This document shows, piece by piece, positions 7,087 through 10,515 of a DNA stretch of 10,515 nucleotides. Source of the stretch: Octopus sinensis. Its lineage: Eukaryota. The stretch spans positions 1 through 10,515 of the forward strand of contig NW_021827382.1 in the NCBI RefSeq assembly GCF_006345805.1. The letters run 5' to 3'. Both the position numbers and the translations under genes were made by a program. The notes beneath the pieces are model-generated. The model saw nothing but the letters and a program-made list of their open reading frames with translations, was not told where the DNA came from and searched no databases. Position 1 is the first letter of the stretch, and each line of letters begins with the position of its first letter.

Positions 7087-7690
7087 TTTTTCGACTGACC
7101 ATTACTTCTGCAGACAGTTTGATAAATCATTTGTTTAATTCTGCGCGGCGATGCAAACAAGAAGAGCGCCTCCTTAATCCGGAGAGGGTAGCATATTTCA
7201 GCCAAACAAAAGAAATTTATTCATGTGTTTATATTTACAAAAACTTTCGAATCTGGAATTTAGTAGGCCCGCGGAGACCTAGGACTGAAAAGAATGTGAG
7301 ATCGTTTGGCTGCATAAAGCCTGTACCTCTTCGATCCATTTACATATGGCATGGATCGCTCCACGATGCTCCAATTGATTGTGTAGAGTGGACATTCAGA
7401 TGCCATATATTGCTAACTTTGTGGTTTTATACTTACCCATGTGTCGGAAAGAAGTTTGATGGTTTGCGTGTCTTTTGCTTTTTGAAAATTACTTTCGCAA
7501 TAAACTAACCAAGTTTTCTTTTGGATTTCCTTATTTCGGAGCATTGCTTTAACTTCAGCTTCCTACAAAGAAGTTGATTTAGCATGCCTGATCGAGTGGG
7601 CAAATAAAAGGGTTTTGACAGTTACAACTTGGAGAAGGCTCTCGTCGTGGCCTGCGAATGATAAAGGCTTTCCATATTGGGAAATATTTC
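7087..7690 (-). mobile_element. Penelope-like element 3' remnant: end of RT region, Cys-rich linker, GIY-YIG endonuclease, 3'UTR
   Basis: Manual minus-strand translation with frameshifts: PNMESL..AGHDESLL; PSPSCNCQNPFICPLDQAC (CxCx5Cx5C, 7626-7582); SL*EAEVKA; CESNF..RHANHQTSFRHMGKYKTTKLA..WHL; YTINWSIVERSMPYVNGSKRYRLYAAKRSHILFS; GLLNSRFESFCKYKHMNKFLLFG* (stop 7200-7198). Order and spacing match the PLE pattern CNC..CPL..C..VY.A.V..YIG..F..R..NH..SF..T.LS..IW..I.W.I..Y..C.LC..E..LLN.R.E..KCRH.NK.LL. Confidence 0.85.
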
Positions 7691-7924
7691 ATTGCCCATC
7701 CCTTTTATTTACAGATTTGATTATCATATCATAAGCAAGACTTCTTGAATTGTATAACACCTGTCATCTCACCGGGATTCTCTGCATAATCTCAATACTG
7801 GACGGACTGTATTTGATGCATTGGTTAATAAATTTTATTGATCGGTTACCGAATCAGCTGTATTTTCTATATAAACTGTGTTTTACCGCTATCACTGGAC
7901 TAATCCTACTAAACTATATATACA

Positions 7925-8095
7925 GCTGAAATTTACAGAAAAACAAGAGACGGAGACAGGTGTATGAACAACAAACCGTTGTATTAGTTTGGAGCTCGGG
8001 AAAAATGAATAAGTCTTTTACATTTCGAGCCTATGCTCTTCAACAGAAAGGTATAAGAAAAAGTAAACGGGGAGAATAAAAACAAACTTGTGGAT
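7925..8095 (-). mobile_element. Probable non-coding PLE-derived repeat carrying a minimal hammerhead-like motif
   Basis: Contains CTTT-CTGTTGA-A-GAGC-ATAG-GCTC-GAAA-TGT-A-AAAG (8050-8015); recalled as a common octopus repeat, not verified; boundaries approximate. Confidence 0.4.
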
Positions 8096-8116
8096 TTAGC
8101 GGTCAAGCATGGCCAC

Positions 8117-8256
8117 TACACACACAAACACACACACACACACATACGCACACACACACATACGCACACAGACACAGACACAAACACGCACATACAAACA
8201 CACACAAACAACATATATATGTACGTACACACATGTACATATGTGTGAGTGTGTGT
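8117..8256. repeat. Degenerate (CA)n / (TG) microsatellite
   Basis: Directly visible. Confidence 0.9.
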
Positions 8257-8345
8257 TTTCGTTTGTTCCCCACCATTGCTTCACGACCGGTGTTGGTGAA
8301 TTTACATTCCCGTAATTTAGCGGTTCGATTGAATAAGCATCAGCC
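8257..8345 (+). mobile_element. Internal fragment of a second SINE-like repeat
   Basis: ccccaccattgcttcacgaccggtgttggtgaatttacattcccgtaatttagcggttcg resembles the body of an abundant octopus SINE whose tail matches 6917-7002; from recollection, no second copy of this part in the window. Confidence 0.4.
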
Positions 8346-8374
8346 TTAAATAGAAAAACAATGACTCATTCAAC

Positions 8375-8567
8375 AAAATATTCTTTTCTACTCTAGGCAC
8401 AAGGCCCGAAGTTTTTGGGGAGGGCCCTGTCAATTAGATCGACCCCAGTACACAGGATGAAAGGCAAAGTCCACCTCGGCAGAATTTGAACTCAGAACGT
8501 AGCGGCAGACGAAATACCGCTAAGCATTTCGCCCGGTGTGCTAACGTTTCTACCAGCTTGCCCCCTT
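8375..8567 (-). mobile_element. SINE family 1 copy with ~28-nt internal deletion
   Basis: Aligns end to end with 3121-3345 except for loss of the segment corresponding to gcaactgctacttaatgtatcaaccccg at 8451/8452. Confidence 0.85.
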
Positions 8568-8568
8568 A

Positions 8569-9344
8569 TATAACCAATAATATTAACATATCCCATGAGA
8601 GAATCGAGAATAATCTGCATAGTGAACTTGGTATGACGAAGATTTCTGGTCGGTGGGCGCCGCATTTTTCGACACCTGATCAAAAGCGTACAAGGATGAT
8701 CACATGGAAAATCTGGTTTGAGGCAGATTCAGCTGGTTTCGCTGAACGTTTCATAATCCAAGATGACGACTGTTGGGTTCATCCCTTTGAGCCAGAAACA
8801 GAGAGATAATCCATGCAGTGTAAGAAGGCCAAGGTCGTCTCATCTGCCGGGAATGTGATGACCTCAGTTTTTTGGGATGTAAAAGGCATTGTGTTTCTTG
8901 ACTGTCCTCAAAAAAGGGCTCCACCTATAATGGAGAGTATTTTGCCAACTTGCAGAAGCAGTTACAAACGTTTACCCAGATCAAACGCCAGAAAACTGAC
9001 GAAACGGAATCTTTTTTCAACAGGACAATACTCCTGCACAGAAGTCCTTTCTTTCAACGGCTTTGATCCTGTTGATCCCTATCCCTATTCTGATTTGACC
9101 CCACCTGGCTGTCATCTGTTTCCACGCAGGAAAAAAAAACTCACTCTTGGGAACCAGTACTACAGTGATTATGACGTCACATCTGCTGTTGATGCCTTTT
9201 GACCAATAGGAAGAAAGCTGTTTCCCGAAGGGGATTCAAGCACTGCAATACCGACGGAAGAAGTGTGTTGACTGCAATGGGAAAATAAACCTCATTTGGG
9301 AGAGTGTCTTCGTCAGCCTATGAACTTTTTAACTGACCCTCGTA
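8569..9344 (+). mobile_element. 5'-truncated mariner of the irritans subfamily with intact-looking 3' TIR
   Basis: LHSELGMTKISGRWAPH...PDQKRTR...QDDDCWVHPFEPET...KKAKVVSSAGNVMTSVFWDVKGIVFLD...FFQQDNTPAQKS...YSDLTPPGCHLFP...GIQALQYRRKKCVD across frames; terminal gtcagcctatgaactttttaactgaccctcg (9312-9342) plus TA (9343-9344); minus-strand TIR CGAGGGTCAGTTAAAAAGTTCAT is of the Hsmar2/Himar-type ACGAGGG..AAAAGT pattern. Confidence 0.9.
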
Positions 9345-9367
9345 TGGATAAATTGTAGATAGATGGA

Positions 9368-9370
<3 letters not shown>

Positions 9371-9440
<70 letters not shown>
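9371..9440. repeat. Perfect (AG)35 microsatellite
   Basis: 70 nt uninterrupted. Confidence 0.97.
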
Positions 9441-9442
<2 letters not shown>

Positions 9443-9459
9443 GCATATATATTTAGACA

Positions 9460-10139
9460 GACATACACAGATGAATAAATAGATTGGCAAATAGATAAGT
9501 AGATATGTAGAAAGATAGGTAGGTAGAGAGATAGGGAAATAATTAAACAGATAGACGAATAGATAGAGAGATAAATAGATAGATTGATAAACAGAAAGAG
9601 AGACAGACAGATGGAGAGAAAGTAAAATTGATAGAAATAGAGAATGGTGGATAAATAGACAGGCAGACAGACAAGCAGAGAGATAGAAAGAAATATAAAG
9701 GGAGAGTTTGATAGACAGGTAAATAGATAGATGGACAGATGAGAGAATAGATAGAAGGACTGATAAACAGATAGATTGATAGGCAGATAGAAAGATAGAT
9801 AGACAGATAAACGAGTATATATAGAGATAAACAGGTGGAAAGACGAATTAATAGAATGATAGATAGGTAGATAGATAGATAAATAGACAGACAGGTAGAT
9901 AGATAGATAGATAATTGGATAGGTAGAAAGATAAATAGATAGATAGATAGATAGATGGATAGATAGAAAGATAGATAGATGGATAGATAGATAGATAGAT
10001 AGATAGATAATTGAATAGGTAGATAGATAGATAGATGGATAGATAGAAAGATAGACAGACAGATAGATAGATAGATAGATAGATAATTGAATAGGTAGAT
10101 AGATAGATAGGTGGATAGATAGATAGATAATTGGATAGG

Positions 10140-10207
<68 letters not shown>

Positions 10208-10259
10208 TGGATAGGTAGATAGATAGATAGATAAACAAAAATAGACAGATAGATAGATT
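9460..10259. repeat. Degenerate (GATA)n satellite, ~800 bp
   Basis: GATA/GACA/GGTA variants; perfect (AGAT)16 at 10141-10204. Confidence 0.95.
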
Positions 10260-10362
10260 AAACGCGGTCATTCGGAATCGGAGCAATATCATTCATTTTT
10301 ACAAACCGACTTATATTTTCTTGATTTGTTTTTTTTTACTTCTTTATTATTTTATTTATCGT

Positions 10363-10375
10363 CGCCCTCTAGCGG
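10363..10375 (-). promoter_or_regulatory. Candidate CTCF-binding motif
   Basis: Minus strand CCGCTAGAGGGCG vs CTCF core CCASYAGRKGGCR (one mismatch). Confidence 0.35.
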
Positions 10376-10515
10376 CTGGTGGCGTAAACCTAAGCTCAAT
10401 TGAGTGTTATTCTCTTGAGTGTTGAACCATCTTCCTCGTCTCCCCTCTTCCCCAGAATCTCACTCACTTAGCCTCTTACACTTGCCTTTCTTAAACTCAA
10501 TTCTCCGTTCTTCTC

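Noticed and set aside
7119-7508. 129-aa plus-strand ORF
   Set aside because: Antisense to the PLE endonuclease remnant; no recognisable motif.
9543-10292. 249-aa minus-strand ORF (LSIYLSIY...)
   Set aside because: Translation of the TATC strand of the GATA satellite, which cannot form stops; no ATG start and no domain.

Overview
AT-rich, repeat-saturated eukaryotic non-coding DNA with no supportable host gene; the repeat families look cephalopod, probably Octopus (inference from recalled repeat sequences, not a search). The window is a series of mobile-element relics separated by microsatellites: the 3' end of a CR1/L2-type LINE (912-1267), several copies of a tRNA-derived SINE, two decayed mariner transposons of different subfamilies (5753-6692 minus strand; 8569-9344 plus strand), a Penelope-like element (PLE) GIY-YIG remnant absent from the ORF track (7087-7690, minus strand), a homogeneous 13-bp minisatellite and an ~800-bp GATA array. 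The most interesting signal is a type I hammerhead ribozyme with intact core, palindromic stem III and an unusually long stem II (299-386), plus up to four further variant or degenerate hammerhead-like motifs. Most listed ORFs are artefacts of microsatellites or antisense frames.
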